Positions 30,611-40,175 are shown, numbered from the stretch's first letter. The stretch is 64,000 bases of DNA from an uncultured bacterium (GCA_938040315.1 CALHQW010000025.1:7929-71928), one strand, 5' to 3'. Notes: generated by a model not told the origin, from the letters alone. Numbers and translations are program-made.

Positions 30611-31732
30611 ATGGTAAAAAAGACACCCTTTTATAAAAAACATTTAGAATATAATGCCAAAATGATTAATTTTTTTTCTTATTTAATGCCAATTTCTTAT
30701 CGGTCAATCAAAGAGGAGGTATTAGCGGTAAGGAATAATTGTGGTCTTTTTGATGTCTCCCATATGGGAAGGATTGAGATTTCTAAGAAAAATTATAAAG
30801 AATTTGTGAATTATTTGATAACTAATGATGTTTTTTCTTTAAAAGAAAATCAGGCTTGTTATGCTTGTATGTTAAATGAAGATGGTGGTATTGTGGATGA
30901 TTTGGTCGTATATAATCTAAAAGAAAGAATTTTATTGGTGGTAAATTGTGCCAATTTGGAGAAGGATTATAACCATATTCTTTTAATAAATAAAAAATTT
31001 AATTGTCAAGTGAAAAATATTTCGGAGGAGATAGCTCAATTAGCCTTGCAAGGTAAAAAGGCTTATGAGTTTCTTTCTTTTCTTACTGATGATAATCTGT
31101 CAGAAATTGGTTTTTACTTTTCTAAAGAGACAAAGATTTTAGATATTCCCGTCTTGATTTCCCGAACTGGTTATACTGGTGAAGATGGTTTTGAAATCTA
31201 TTTTGATAAAAATTATGCGGAAAGAATATGGGATTTTCTTTTTGAAAAGAATCCTTCTCTTTTACCTTGTGGATTGGGTGCTCGGGATATGTTAAGATTG
31301 GAGATGGGCTATTGTCTTTATGGTCAAGATATTGATGAAGATAAAGATCCTTTATCCGCAAATCTCTCTTTTATTGTAAAATTTAATAAAGATTTTATTG
31401 GCAAATCTGCCTTGTTAAAAATAAAAGAAAAAGGTTTGAAAAGAAAATTGGTCGGAATAAAATTTTCTGATAAAATTATTCCGCGACCAAAGATGAATTT
31501 GTATGATAGTAATAATTCTTTGATTGGTTTTATTACAAGTGGAACTTTTTCTTTTAGTTTAAATTGTGGAATTGCCTTAGGTTATGTAGATATAAATTAT
31601 GCTCAAGTGGGTTTTAAAGTTTATTTAGAAGATAAAAATTTAGAAAATAAAAAGGAAGGTGAGATTGTAAAACTGCCTTTTTATCAATTTGGTAGTATTA
31701 AAAAAATTAAGAAATCAGAAAAGGAGGTTTAA
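30611..31732 (+). CDS. gcvT: glycine cleavage system T protein
   Basis: FDVSHMG, SRTGYTGEDGFE, GLGARDMLRLEMG. Confidence 0.96.
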   Translation: MVKKTPFYKKHLEYNAKMINFFSYLMPISYRSIKEEVLAVRNNCGLFDVSHMGRIEISKKNYKEFVNYLITNDVFSLKENQACYACMLNEDGGIVDDLVVYNLKERILLVVNCANLEKDYNHILLINKKFNCQVKNISEEIAQLALQGKKAYEFLSFLTDDNLSEIGFYFSKETKILDIPVLISRTGYTGEDGFEIYFDKNYAERIWDFLFEKNPSLLPCGLGARDMLRLEMGYCLYGQDIDEDKDPLSANLSFIVKFNKDFIGKSALLKIKEKGLKRKLVGIKFSDKIIPRPKMNLYDSNNSLIGFITSGTFSFSLNCGIALGYVDINYAQVGFKVYLEDKNLENKKEGEIVKLPFYQFGSIKKIKKSEKEV

Positions 31733-32122
31733 ATGAGTTTGGTGTTAGAGAATTTATATTATACAAAAACTCACGAGTGGATTAGAGTTGAGGAAGATAT
31801 CGGAATCGTTGGAATAACAGATTTTGCTCAGAAGGAGTTACAGGATATTGTTTATTTTGGGATTGATGAGAGTATTATTAAAAAAGAGTTAAAAGCAGGT
31901 GAGAAATTTGGTTATGTGGAAGCGGTAAAGACAGCGGCAGATTTATATTTGCCGGTTAGTGGCGAGGTTTTAGAGATAAATAAAGAGTTAATTAGTAATC
32001 CAGCAATTGCTAATCAAGATCCTTATGGAAAAGGTTGGATATTAAAAATTAAAATAAAAGATAAAGAGGAATTAAAAAGTTTATTAAATAGCGAGGATTA
32101 TAAAAAACATATTGGAGAATAA
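31733..32122 (+). CDS. gcvH: glycine cleavage system H protein
   Basis: HEW, GITDFAQ, EAVK lipoyl lysine, DPYGKGW. Confidence 0.96.
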   Translation: MSLVLENLYYTKTHEWIRVEEDIGIVGITDFAQKELQDIVYFGIDESIIKKELKAGEKFGYVEAVKTAADLYLPVSGEVLEINKELISNPAIANQDPYGKGWILKIKIKDKEELKSLLNSEDYKKHIGE

Positions 32123-32124
32123 AC

Positions 32125-33471
32125 ATGTTTATACCCCATAGTGAAGAAGAGATAAAGGAAATGCTTTCTTATCTTGGGCTAAAGAGTTTAGAGGACCTTT
32201 TTACAGTTATTCCCGAAGAGTTAAAAGTGAAATCCGATGAGGAAAAGATTAAAGTCTTAAAAGAATTAGCGATAAGGGAAGAATTAAAAAAACTTTCTCA
32301 AGAGAATAAAACAATTTCTTCTTATATTTCTTTTTTAGGTGGTGGAATTTATGACCATTATATCCCTTCTTGTATTGACCAACTTGTTTCAAGAAGTGAA
32401 TTTTATACTGCCTATACTCCCTATCAGCCAGAAGTCTCTCAAGGAACTTTACAAGCAATGTTTGAATTTCAATCGCTAATAGGTGATCTATTCAAAATGG
32501 ATGTCTCTACTGCTTCTCATTACGATGGTGCCACTGCCTTAGCAGAAGCCATTTATGTTTTAAAAAAGAAAGGTTATAAAAATTGTCTTATCTCCTCTTC
32601 GCTTTCTCCTTTTTATTGGGAAGTTATTAAAACTTATTTTTTAGGTCAAGATATAAATTTTTTAAAAATTCCTTTAAAAGAGTTTATCACCGATATTTTC
32701 TATTTAGAAAAAAAGGCAAAGGAATTGGAAAATAATTTCTTTTTTGTCTTTCAAACACCAAACTTTTTTGGTTTCTTAGAAGAGGTAGATGCGATTTCTG
32801 AGATTGTTCAAAGATATAAAGGTAAATTGGTTGTTTCTTGTGATCCAATTTCTTTGGCGATCTTAAAACCACCGGGTGAGTATGGTGCTGATTTGGCAAC
32901 TGCTGAAGGTCAATCCTTAGGTCTTTATCCTTCTTTTGGTGGTCCTCTCTTAGGAATTTTAACAAGTAAAAAAGAGTATATTAGAGATTTACCGGGAAGA
33001 ATTTGTGGCAAGACCGTTGATAAAGAAGGAAAAGTTGGTTATGTTACTGTTTTACAAACAAGAGAGCAACATATCAGAAGAGAAAAAGCCACTTCCAATA
33101 TCTGCACTAATCAGCAACTTTGTGCCTTACGGGTAACTATCTATCTATCCTTAATGGGAAGGGAAGGACTTAAAAAAGTCGCCAATTTTTGCCTTCAGAA
33201 AAGTTATTATCTTTATGAAAATCTTTTATCACTACCAATTTTTGAAAAAGTATCTAATAAACCCTTCTTTAAAGAATTTACAATAAAAAGTAAAGTCCCA
33301 ATTAAAGAATTGCTCAATAAATGTGAAAAAGAGAAAATTTATGCTGGTATTGATTTATATGAAATAACTAGAGATGAGAGTTTAAAAGATACTTTACTTA
33401 TTTGTGTGACTGAGAAAAGGAAAAAAGAAGAGATTGATTATTTTGTAAAATTTTTAAAAAGGAGTTTCTAA
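32125..33471 (+). CDS. gcvPA: glycine dehydrogenase subunit 1
   Basis: TAYTPYQPEVSQG, LQTREQHIRREKATSNICTNQ. Confidence 0.96.
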   Translation: MFIPHSEEEIKEMLSYLGLKSLEDLFTVIPEELKVKSDEEKIKVLKELAIREELKKLSQENKTISSYISFLGGGIYDHYIPSCIDQLVSRSEFYTAYTPYQPEVSQGTLQAMFEFQSLIGDLFKMDVSTASHYDGATALAEAIYVLKKKGYKNCLISSSLSPFYWEVIKTYFLGQDINFLKIPLKEFITDIFYLEKKAKELENNFFFVFQTPNFFGFLEEVDAISEIVQRYKGKLVVSCDPISLAILKPPGEYGADLATAEGQSLGLYPSFGGPLLGILTSKKEYIRDLPGRICGKTVDKEGKVGYVTVLQTREQHIRREKATSNICTNQQLCALRVTIYLSLMGREGLKKVANFCLQKSYYLYENLLSLPIFEKVSNKPFFKEFTIKSKVPIKELLNKCEKEKIYAGIDLYEITRDESLKDTLLICVTEKRKKEEIDYFVKFLKRSF

Positions 33472-33665
33472 TGGAGTGCAATATTAAAAGAAATTTAAGT
33501 TTTTGTAATTGTTCTTATCCTGGTTGTGAGAAGAAGGGAAAGTGTTGTGAATGTCTTCATTATCATTTAAAAAGAAAAGAGGTTCCGGCTTGTTTCTTCT
33601 CCAAAGAAGTAGAAAAGAGTTATGATCGTTCAATAGAGAATTTTATAAGAAATTATAAGGGATAA
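33471..33665 (+). CDS. small Cys-rich protein (DUF6485-like)
   Basis: CNCSY..C.KKGKCCEC..YH...PACFF...YDRS; TAATG-coupled to gcvPA. Confidence 0.75.
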   Translation: MECNIKRNLSFCNCSYPGCEKKGKCCECLHYHLKRKEVPACFFSKEVEKSYDRSIENFIRNYKG

Positions 33666-33669
33666 GAAT

Positions 33670-35109
33670 ATGCTTGAAAAATTGCTTAAAGAATATTCTA
33701 AAAGAGGTAAGTTTAATGATTATTTAGGCGAGATTGATGTTGAAAAGAAAGATATTGAAAAAATTATTCCCCAAAATCTTTTAAGAAAAGATTTTGAATT
33801 TATTGAGGTTTCGGAAATCGAAGTTATCAGACATTTTATTCGTCTTTCTAACTTGAATTATCACTTAGATAAAGGGATATATCCTTTGGGCAGTTGCACA
33901 ATGAAGCATAATCCGAAGGTAAATGAAGAGGTTTCAAGTTATGAAGGTTTTATTTTTCTTCATCCCTTACAAAAAGAGGAAGATATTCAAGGTGCCTTAA
34001 AATTGATGTATGAACTTATTTATTTCTTAAAAGAGATTTCGGGAATGGATTATGTTTCTTTACAACCGCCGGCTGGTGCCAGTGGTGAATTGACTTCGAT
34101 GTTGGTTATCAAAAAGTATTTTATGGATAAAAAAGAGGATAGAAAAATTGTTTTAATTCCTGATTCAGCCCATGGCACAAATCCGGCAAGTGTTACAATG
34201 GCGGGGTTTATTTGCCAAACGATTAAATCTAATAGCGAAGGAATGGTTGATTTGGACGATTTGAAAAAGAATTTAAGTGAGCAAGTGGCTTGCCTAATGA
34301 TTACTAATCCTAATACTTTAGGAATTTTTGAAAAGAATATTAAAATTATTATTGAAGAACTTCATAGGTATGGTGCTTTGGTATATTTAGATGGTGCTAA
34401 TTTGAATGCCTATTGTGGAATCCATCGGCCGGGTGATGTTGGTGTAGATATTATGCATTTTAATCTTCACAAAACTTTTTCAACTCCTCATGGTGGTGGT
34501 GGTCCAGGAGCAGGTCCGGTTGGTGCGAAAAGTTTTTTAGTGCCCTATTTACCCAATCCCAAGATTGAAAAAGAAGGCGAAAGATACTATTTTAAATATG
34601 ATAAAGAATCAATTGGTAAAACTGCCAGTTTTTATGGTAATTTCAATGTTTTTATTAAAGCCTATACTTATTTAAGAATGAACGGAATAAAAGGTTTAAA
34701 AAAAATGTCCCAAATTGCGGTTTTGAATGCCAATTATTTAAGAAAGAGATTAGAAGAGATTGGTTTTTCCTGCGAATATAAAACAAGTACTTTACACGAA
34801 TTTGTTTTGACCTTAAAGGATTTTAAAAGAAAAGATATTAGAGCCTTGGATATTGCCAAAAGATTGTTAGATTATGATTGTCATGCTCCAACAATCTATT
34901 TTCCATTAATTGTGCCTGAAGCCTTTATGATTGAGCCAACCGAAACCGAACCAAAAGAAGAACTGGATAGATTTATTTCGGTAATGAAGAAAATAAAAGA
35001 AGAGATTGAAGAAAATCCTAATTTAGTAAAAGAGGCGCCTCATAATACACCAGTGAAAAGATTAGATGAAGGAAAGGCAGGAAGGGAATTAGTAGTAAAA
35101 TGGGATTAA
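33670..35109 (+). CDS. gcvPB: glycine dehydrogenase subunit 2
   Basis: PLGSCTMK, SAHGTNPAS, NLHKTFSTPHGGGGPG. Confidence 0.96.
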   Translation: MLEKLLKEYSKRGKFNDYLGEIDVEKKDIEKIIPQNLLRKDFEFIEVSEIEVIRHFIRLSNLNYHLDKGIYPLGSCTMKHNPKVNEEVSSYEGFIFLHPLQKEEDIQGALKLMYELIYFLKEISGMDYVSLQPPAGASGELTSMLVIKKYFMDKKEDRKIVLIPDSAHGTNPASVTMAGFICQTIKSNSEGMVDLDDLKKNLSEQVACLMITNPNTLGIFEKNIKIIIEELHRYGALVYLDGANLNAYCGIHRPGDVGVDIMHFNLHKTFSTPHGGGGPGAGPVGAKSFLVPYLPNPKIEKEGERYYFKYDKESIGKTASFYGNFNVFIKAYTYLRMNGIKGLKKMSQIAVLNANYLRKRLEEIGFSCEYKTSTLHEFVLTLKDFKRKDIRALDIAKRLLDYDCHAPTIYFPLIVPEAFMIEPTETEPKEELDRFISVMKKIKEEIEENPNLVKEAPHNTPVKRLDEGKAGRELVVKWD

Positions 35110-35405
35110 CTGATTTAGAAAAAGAAGAATTAATAAAAAAGATTGCTGAAAGGGTAGTTTCTTTGAGGTTAACACCAGTAGCAATTGTTTTATTAGAATC
35201 AGCTAAACCATTATCTTTTGCTTTTAATCAACTTTTAGTATTTTTTCAGCCAATTGTTACTTCCGTTGTTAATCCTTTACCTTATGAGAAATTAGTTTCA
35301 TTATTTGAAGAGCGAGATAATATTGAATTATTAATTAAAGAGATTGAGAAAAGAGAGGATGAATATGAAAGAGAAAGAAGAAATAAAAAGAATATTAGCC
35401 ACTGA
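35100..35405 (+). CDS. conserved-looking hypothetical protein
   Basis: PVAIVLLESAKPLS...FEERDNIELLI; overlaps gcvPB and the next gene. Confidence 0.75.
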   Translation: MGLTDLEKEELIKKIAERVVSLRLTPVAIVLLESAKPLSFAFNQLLVFFQPIVTSVVNPLPYEKLVSLFEERDNIELLIKEIEKREDEYERERRNKKNISH

Positions 35406-37191
35406 TTGTGGTAGCACAACAACGAAGGCAATTTTGATTGAAAAAAGAGGGGAGGAGTATCGTTTAATTGTTCGGGGTGAGGCACCAACAACTGTTGAAG
35501 CACCTTTTGAAGATGTGACGAGAGGTGTTTTAAATGCGGTAAGAGAGGTAGAGGAACTTAGCGGTGTAAAAATTTTAGAAGGAGAGAGGATAATTAAGCC
35601 TTACAGAAATGAGAAAGAGGGAGTTGATATCTATGTCTCAACAAGTTCTGCTGGTGGCGGATTGCAGATGATGGTTGCGGGTGTTGTTTTGACAATGACT
35701 GCGGAAAGTGCCCAAAGGGCAGCATTAGGAGCCGGCGCAATTGTAATGGATGTGATTGCTTCCAATGATGGAAGATTACCTCATGAAAAGATTGAAAGGA
35801 TAAGAAATCTAAGGCCAGATATGATTTTACTTTCTGGCGGTGTTGATGGCGGAACAATTTCTCACGTAGTAGAACTTGCTGAATTAATTAGGGCATCCGA
35901 ACCAAAACCAAGGTTTGGGATTGGTTATAAATTGCCGGTAATTTATGCGGGCAATAAAGATGCCCGAGAATATATTTTGAAAATTTTAAAAGAGCATACC
36001 GCCTTAGAGATTGTTGAAAATATTAGACCAGTTTTAGAAAGGGAAAATCTCCAACCTGCTAGACATAAGATTCACGATTTATTTATGGAACATGTGATGG
36101 CTCATGCACCAGGATATAAAAAACTTATGGAGTGGACCGATGTTCCGATTATGCCGACACCAGGAGCAGTTGGCCTTTTAATTGAACAAGTAGGTAGAAG
36201 TGAGAATATTGAAGATTTAGGAGTGGATATTGGTGGAGCAACGACCGACATCTTCTCTTGTTTTCGGGATAGAAGAGGAGAGAAAGAAGAATTAGTTTTT
36301 AATAGAACCGTGAGCGCTAATTTAGGAATGTCTTATAGTATCAGCAATGTTTTAAAAGAGGCAGGTATTGAAAATATTATCCGTTGGATTTCTTTTAAAA
36401 TTAATGAAGGAGAGTTAAGAAATCGAATAAGAAATAAAATGATAAGACCAACCACAATACCCCATACTTTGGAAGAATTAAAGATTGAGCAGGCGATTGC
36501 CCGGGAGGCATTGAGATTGGCTTTAGAACAACATAAATCAATGGCGGTCGGCTTAAAGGGAATTCAACAAGAAAGAACAATTTCTGATGCCTTTGCCCAG
36601 GCATTGACTGGCGAGACGTTAGTTAATATGATGAGTTTAAATTTAATTATTGGTTCTGGTGGAATTTTATCTCATGCTCCAAGAAGGGTACAGTCAGCGA
36701 TGATGATGATTGATGGTTTTTTGCCCGAAGGAATAACCAGGTTGGCAGTTGATAGTATTTTTATGATGCCCCATTTAGGTGTTCTTTCTACTGTTCATCC
36801 AATTGCGGCTAAACAGGTATTTGATAAAGATTGTCTGATTAGGTTGGGCACTTGTATTGCTCCGGTTGGTGAAGGTAAAGAGGGAATAAAGGTGATGAGG
36901 ATAAAAATTTATAAAAAGGATGGCGAAATAATTGAGAAAGATTGCTATTATTCCGAAATTTATTTGATTCCTTTAAAAGAGAATGAAAAGGCAAAGGTGG
37001 AGATTATTCCGGAAAGGGGTTTTGATGTTGGTGCTGGTCGCGGTAAGCGATTAGAAGCAGAAATTGAGGGTGGAGTTGTTGGAATTATTATTGATTGTCG
37101 GGGAAGACCATTAAATTTGCCAAAAGAAGAGAATAAAAGAATAGAATTACTTAATAAATGGGCATCAGCAGTTAACCTCTATCCCCAATAA
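35365..37191 (+). CDS. glutamate mutase L (GlmL/MutL)-family ASKHA ATPase
   Basis: DCGSTTTK, SSAGGGL, GGVDGG, MPTP, DIGGATTD, RTVSANLG. Start set at ATG 35365. Confidence 0.8.
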   Translation: MKEKEEIKRILATDCGSTTTKAILIEKRGEEYRLIVRGEAPTTVEAPFEDVTRGVLNAVREVEELSGVKILEGERIIKPYRNEKEGVDIYVSTSSAGGGLQMMVAGVVLTMTAESAQRAALGAGAIVMDVIASNDGRLPHEKIERIRNLRPDMILLSGGVDGGTISHVVELAELIRASEPKPRFGIGYKLPVIYAGNKDAREYILKILKEHTALEIVENIRPVLERENLQPARHKIHDLFMEHVMAHAPGYKKLMEWTDVPIMPTPGAVGLLIEQVGRSENIEDLGVDIGGATTDIFSCFRDRRGEKEELVFNRTVSANLGMSYSISNVLKEAGIENIIRWISFKINEGELRNRIRNKMIRPTTIPHTLEELKIEQAIAREALRLALEQHKSMAVGLKGIQQERTISDAFAQALTGETLVNMMSLNLIIGSGGILSHAPRRVQSAMMMIDGFLPEGITRLAVDSIFMMPHLGVLSTVHPIAAKQVFDKDCLIRLGTCIAPVGEGKEGIKVMRIKIYKKDGEIIEKDCYYSEIYLIPLKENEKAKVEIIPERGFDVGAGRGKRLEAEIEGGVVGIIIDCRGRPLNLPKEENKRIELLNKWASAVNLYPQ

Positions 37192-37565
37192 TGGAAGAAT
37201 TAGAAAAGGCAAAAAAGGCAAAAGAAGAACTAAAAAAGATTAAAAACGAATTTGAAGGTAGAAATTATATTATTCAATTACAGAATGAAGAACTAACCGC
37301 CCTTTGCCCTTTTACCACTAATCCTGATTTTTATGAGATAAAATTAACCTATCAACCTGATAAGGAACTTATTGAACTCAAAAGTCTAAAATTATATTTA
37401 CAAAAATTTCGGGATATAAAAATAACTCACGAGTCTTTATTAAATATTATCTTTGAAGATATTGACTCCTTAATCGCTCCCAAGTATCTTAAAGTTGAAT
37501 TGAATGTAAATATTCGGGGTGGAATAAAAACCACGGTTATTAGAGAAAAGGGAAGTTTAAAATAA
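37191..37565 (+). CDS. queF: NADPH-dependent 7-cyano-7-deazaguanine reductase (type I QueF)
   Basis: LCPFTTNPDF, QueF motif ELKSLKLY, HE, RGGI. Confidence 0.9.
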   Translation: MEELEKAKKAKEELKKIKNEFEGRNYIIQLQNEELTALCPFTTNPDFYEIKLTYQPDKELIELKSLKLYLQKFRDIKITHESLLNIIFEDIDSLIAPKYLKVELNVNIRGGIKTTVIREKGSLK

Positions 37566-37571
37566 TTCAAA

Positions 37572-38258
37572 TTGATTGTTTATCTTTATTGGTTAATCAG
37601 TTTAACAATTGTTACTTATTTTAGTGCCTATTTTGTTAAAAAATTTAAAGAGGCTGGTTATGCTTTTTTGGTTGGTTTTTATGTTATTTATCTGGCTGCT
37701 TCCCAGATTTTTGCTACGCGAACAATAAAATTTGATTTAGGTTTTCATATTTTTTATGCTCCCGCTGCGGTTTTTATATATCCCTTTATTGCTCAAGCCT
37801 TAGATATGATTAATGAGGTTTATGGAAGAGAAAAGACCTATTTAGCAATCTTAATTGCCTTTCTTACCCAAGTTTTATTAGTCCTTTTTATTTTAATGGT
37901 AAGTAGTTTAAAACCGGCACCCTTTTTCTTATACGAAGAGGTTTGGAGAAATATTTTCAAATTGGGAATAAGAATAACAATTGCTTCTTGGATTTCCTTT
38001 CTTATCTGTCAATATATTGATGCTACAATCTTTGCCTTTTTAAAGAAAAGATATGAAAAGAAGGTTTTATTAAGAAGCATAACTTCTGATGTGATTGATT
38101 TAACTTTAGATAGTTTAATCTTTATTACCATAGCCTTTTTAGGAGTGATGCCAATAATCCCCTTAATTATTGGTCAAATAGTAAGTAAAAATATAATCGG
38201 TTTTATTGACACTCCCTTTTTTCTTTGGTATAAGAGATTAATTAAAAAAGAAGGATGA
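37572..38258 (+). CDS. queuosine precursor transporter (YhhQ/VUT family)
   Basis: Multi-TM; DMINEVYG, RITIASW, DSLIFITIAF, IDTPF; follows queF. Confidence 0.88.
   Translation: MIVYLYWLISLTIVTYFSAYFVKKFKEAGYAFLVGFYVIYLAASQIFATRTIKFDLGFHIFYAPAAVFIYPFIAQALDMINEVYGREKTYLAILIAFLTQVLLVLFILMVSSLKPAPFFLYEEVWRNIFKLGIRITIASWISFLICQYIDATIFAFLKKRYEKKVLLRSITSDVIDLTLDSLIFITIAFLGVMPIIPLIIGQIVSKNIIGFIDTPFFLWYKRLIKKEG
37951..38240 (+). repeat. direct repeat copy 1 (3' end of yhhQ-like gene)
   Basis: Near-identical to 40255-40526 by direct comparison. Confidence 0.95.
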
Positions 38259-38344
38259 ATAAAAAAGAGGTAAAATTAGTTGCTTATTGTGGGATTGCTG
38301 ATTTGGTGGAGAATTATAAAGATCTATATGAGAGAAAGTATTAA
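38255..38344 (+). pseudogene. truncated relic resembling a DUF3795 N-terminus
   Basis: MNKKEVKLVAYCGI... then loses similarity; ATG overlaps the yhhQ stop. Confidence 0.4.
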
Positions 38345-39287
38345 AAAATTGGCAAGTTTTATTTTAATTGTAATCTTTTTAATTACTTTTTTATTCTTTA
38401 TTAGTTGCTTTCGTAGACCTTATATCTCTTTGAGGGATGTAAATGATTTTTTGTATCAACTTCAAAATATTGATTTAGATGCAATTGGAAATACGAAATT
38501 TGATATGGTGGTAATTGATTATTCGCGAGATGGTAGTGAGGAGGGTAGATTTAGTGCTGAGGAGATAGAGAAACTGAAAAATAGTCCAGGTGGTCCTAAA
38601 ATTGTGCTTGCCTATATGAGTATTGGGGAAGCAGAGAATTATCGTTGGTATTGGAATGATAGTTGGGATAAAGATGGAGATGGTATTCCGGATGAGGAAG
38701 CACCTTCTTGGCTTGGGCCTGTTAATCCGGATTGGCCGGGATGTTATAAAGTGAAATATTGGGAATCAGGTTGGCAATCTATTATTTATAGTTATGTTGA
38801 TAAAATTATTGAGGCAGGATTTGATGGAGTTTATCTTGATGTTATTGATGCTTATGAATATTGGGGACCTGGCGGAGAAAGTGGTTTAGAAAGAAAAACA
38901 GCAGAAAAAGATATGGTTAATTTTGTAAAAGAGATTGCTAATTATTCTCGGATAAGAAAAGGAAAGAGTAATTTTTTAATTTTTCCAAATAATGGCGAAG
39001 GGCTTTCTAAATATCCTGATTATGTGGAAATAGTTTCTGGTATTGGAAGGGAGGATGTTTGGTATGAAGATAATACACCTCAACTGCCAGAATATACGGA
39101 AGAAGTTATTGCTAATTTAGATATTTTTAAGGAAGCGGGCAAAGTTGTTTTGGTAATAGATTACGTTACTCAAAAGGATTTGATAGACGATTTTTATTTA
39201 AAAGCGAAATCAAAAGGTTATATTCCTTATGCAACAGTAAGGGAATTAGACCAACTTACAATAAATCCTGGGCATGAACCTGATTAA
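38328..39287 (+). CDS. MJ1477/TM1410-family putative glycoside hydrolase lipoprotein (endo-alpha-1,4-polygalactosaminidase-like)
   Basis: YQLQN, AYMSIGEAENYRWYW, GFDGVYLD; lipoprotein-like leader ending FISC. Start set at ATG 38328. Confidence 0.82.
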   Translation: MRESIKKLASFILIVIFLITFLFFISCFRRPYISLRDVNDFLYQLQNIDLDAIGNTKFDMVVIDYSRDGSEEGRFSAEEIEKLKNSPGGPKIVLAYMSIGEAENYRWYWNDSWDKDGDGIPDEEAPSWLGPVNPDWPGCYKVKYWESGWQSIIYSYVDKIIEAGFDGVYLDVIDAYEYWGPGGESGLERKTAEKDMVNFVKEIANYSRIRKGKSNFLIFPNNGEGLSKYPDYVEIVSGIGREDVWYEDNTPQLPEYTEEVIANLDIFKEAGKVVLVIDYVTQKDLIDDFYLKAKSKGYIPYATVRELDQLTINPGHEPD

Positions 39288-39363
39288 TTATTAATTAAGA
39301 AAAAGAATCTTATCTAATCCTAAATTGCCTTTAACAACCTTTTATTATGTAAATATGAGAAAA

Positions 39364-39392
39364 TTGACTTTTTAAAAAAAAGTTATTATAAT
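39364..39392 (+). promoter_or_regulatory. sigma-70 promoter
   Basis: TTGACT-N17-TATAAT upstream of AGGAGG SD. Confidence 0.6.
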
Positions 39393-39424
39393 AAAAAGGT
39401 TAACATTTATAAAAGGAGGATATT

Positions 39425-39907
39425 ATGAATGGTGAGGAAAGAATATTATTAGGATTAGCCGCTGAATATGCTGTTGCAAGTGAACTTTGTAGAAGAGGCA
39501 TTTACGCTCAATTGACATTTGGTTTACCTGAACGCACTGACCTTTTAGTTGCAAATGCAACTGGGAATAAAATGTTAAGAATCCAAGTTAAAAGCAAGCA
39601 AGGACGTGAGTGGCCAAATGTTAAAGGAATATATGGAGAGAACATGATACTTGTTTTGGTGGATTTTGAAAATAAAGGGGAAAATCAGAGGCCTGATTTT
39701 TATATTCTTACTGTTGAAGATTGGAGAGCCTTATTATTTAATAGATTGAGAGATAAAATTGAGAGTGGAGAAGTAGTGATTGATGAAACAAATACGCCTA
39801 TATGGACGAAGCAAAACAATGTTAGAGGTATGGGAGTATTGCCTGAATGGATTACAGACCATCGAGAAAGGTGGAATAGAATAACAGATAGAGTTATGGA
39901 CGACTAA
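39425..39907 (+). CDS. putative PD-(D/E)XK endonuclease-fold protein
   Basis: GLAAEYAVASELCRRG...TDLLV...IQVKS motif arrangement. Confidence 0.7.
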   Translation: MNGEERILLGLAAEYAVASELCRRGIYAQLTFGLPERTDLLVANATGNKMLRIQVKSKQGREWPNVKGIYGENMILVLVDFENKGENQRPDFYILTVEDWRALLFNRLRDKIESGEVVIDETNTPIWTKQNNVRGMGVLPEWITDHRERWNRITDRVMDD

Positions 39908-39936
39908 GAATGCTACAAAAAGTACAAGGAAAGGTC

Positions 39937-40027
39937 CTCTAACACAGCATAAAAGTTTCATATCTCACGGTACTAATCTAAATCCTTCACCAACGCTCAG
40001 GATTTTTTTATGTTGGAAACATTGGGC
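39937..40027 (+). mobile_element. degenerate integron attC-like recombination site
   Basis: CTCTAAC (R'') - CAGCATAAAA ... TTTTATGTTG - GAAAC - ATTGGGC (R' with GTT>ATT); ~90 bp imperfect inverted repeat between two ORFs. Confidence 0.55.
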
Positions 40028-40049
40028 AAAATTTTATGAGAGAAGAGAT

Positions 40050-40175
40050 ATGAAGATTGAAATTATTAACCTTACCGAGGAAAATTTATTAGATACTCTA
40101 GAGTGGTAGACTCATCCATTTAACTGTAAGTAATTGCATCTACTGGGAATTCACCAAGAATGGTAATAATAGCTA
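40050..40175 (+). pseudogene. disrupted gene relic (GNAT-acetyltransferase-like N-terminus)
   Basis: MKIEIINLTEENLLDTLEW*THPFNCK, then a +1 frameshift gives (Y)CIYWEF. Family call is from recall only. Confidence 0.5.

Noticed and set aside
39325-39345. CTTTAACAACC after the glycoside-hydrolase gene as a second attC half-site
   Set aside because: No complementary right arm found.
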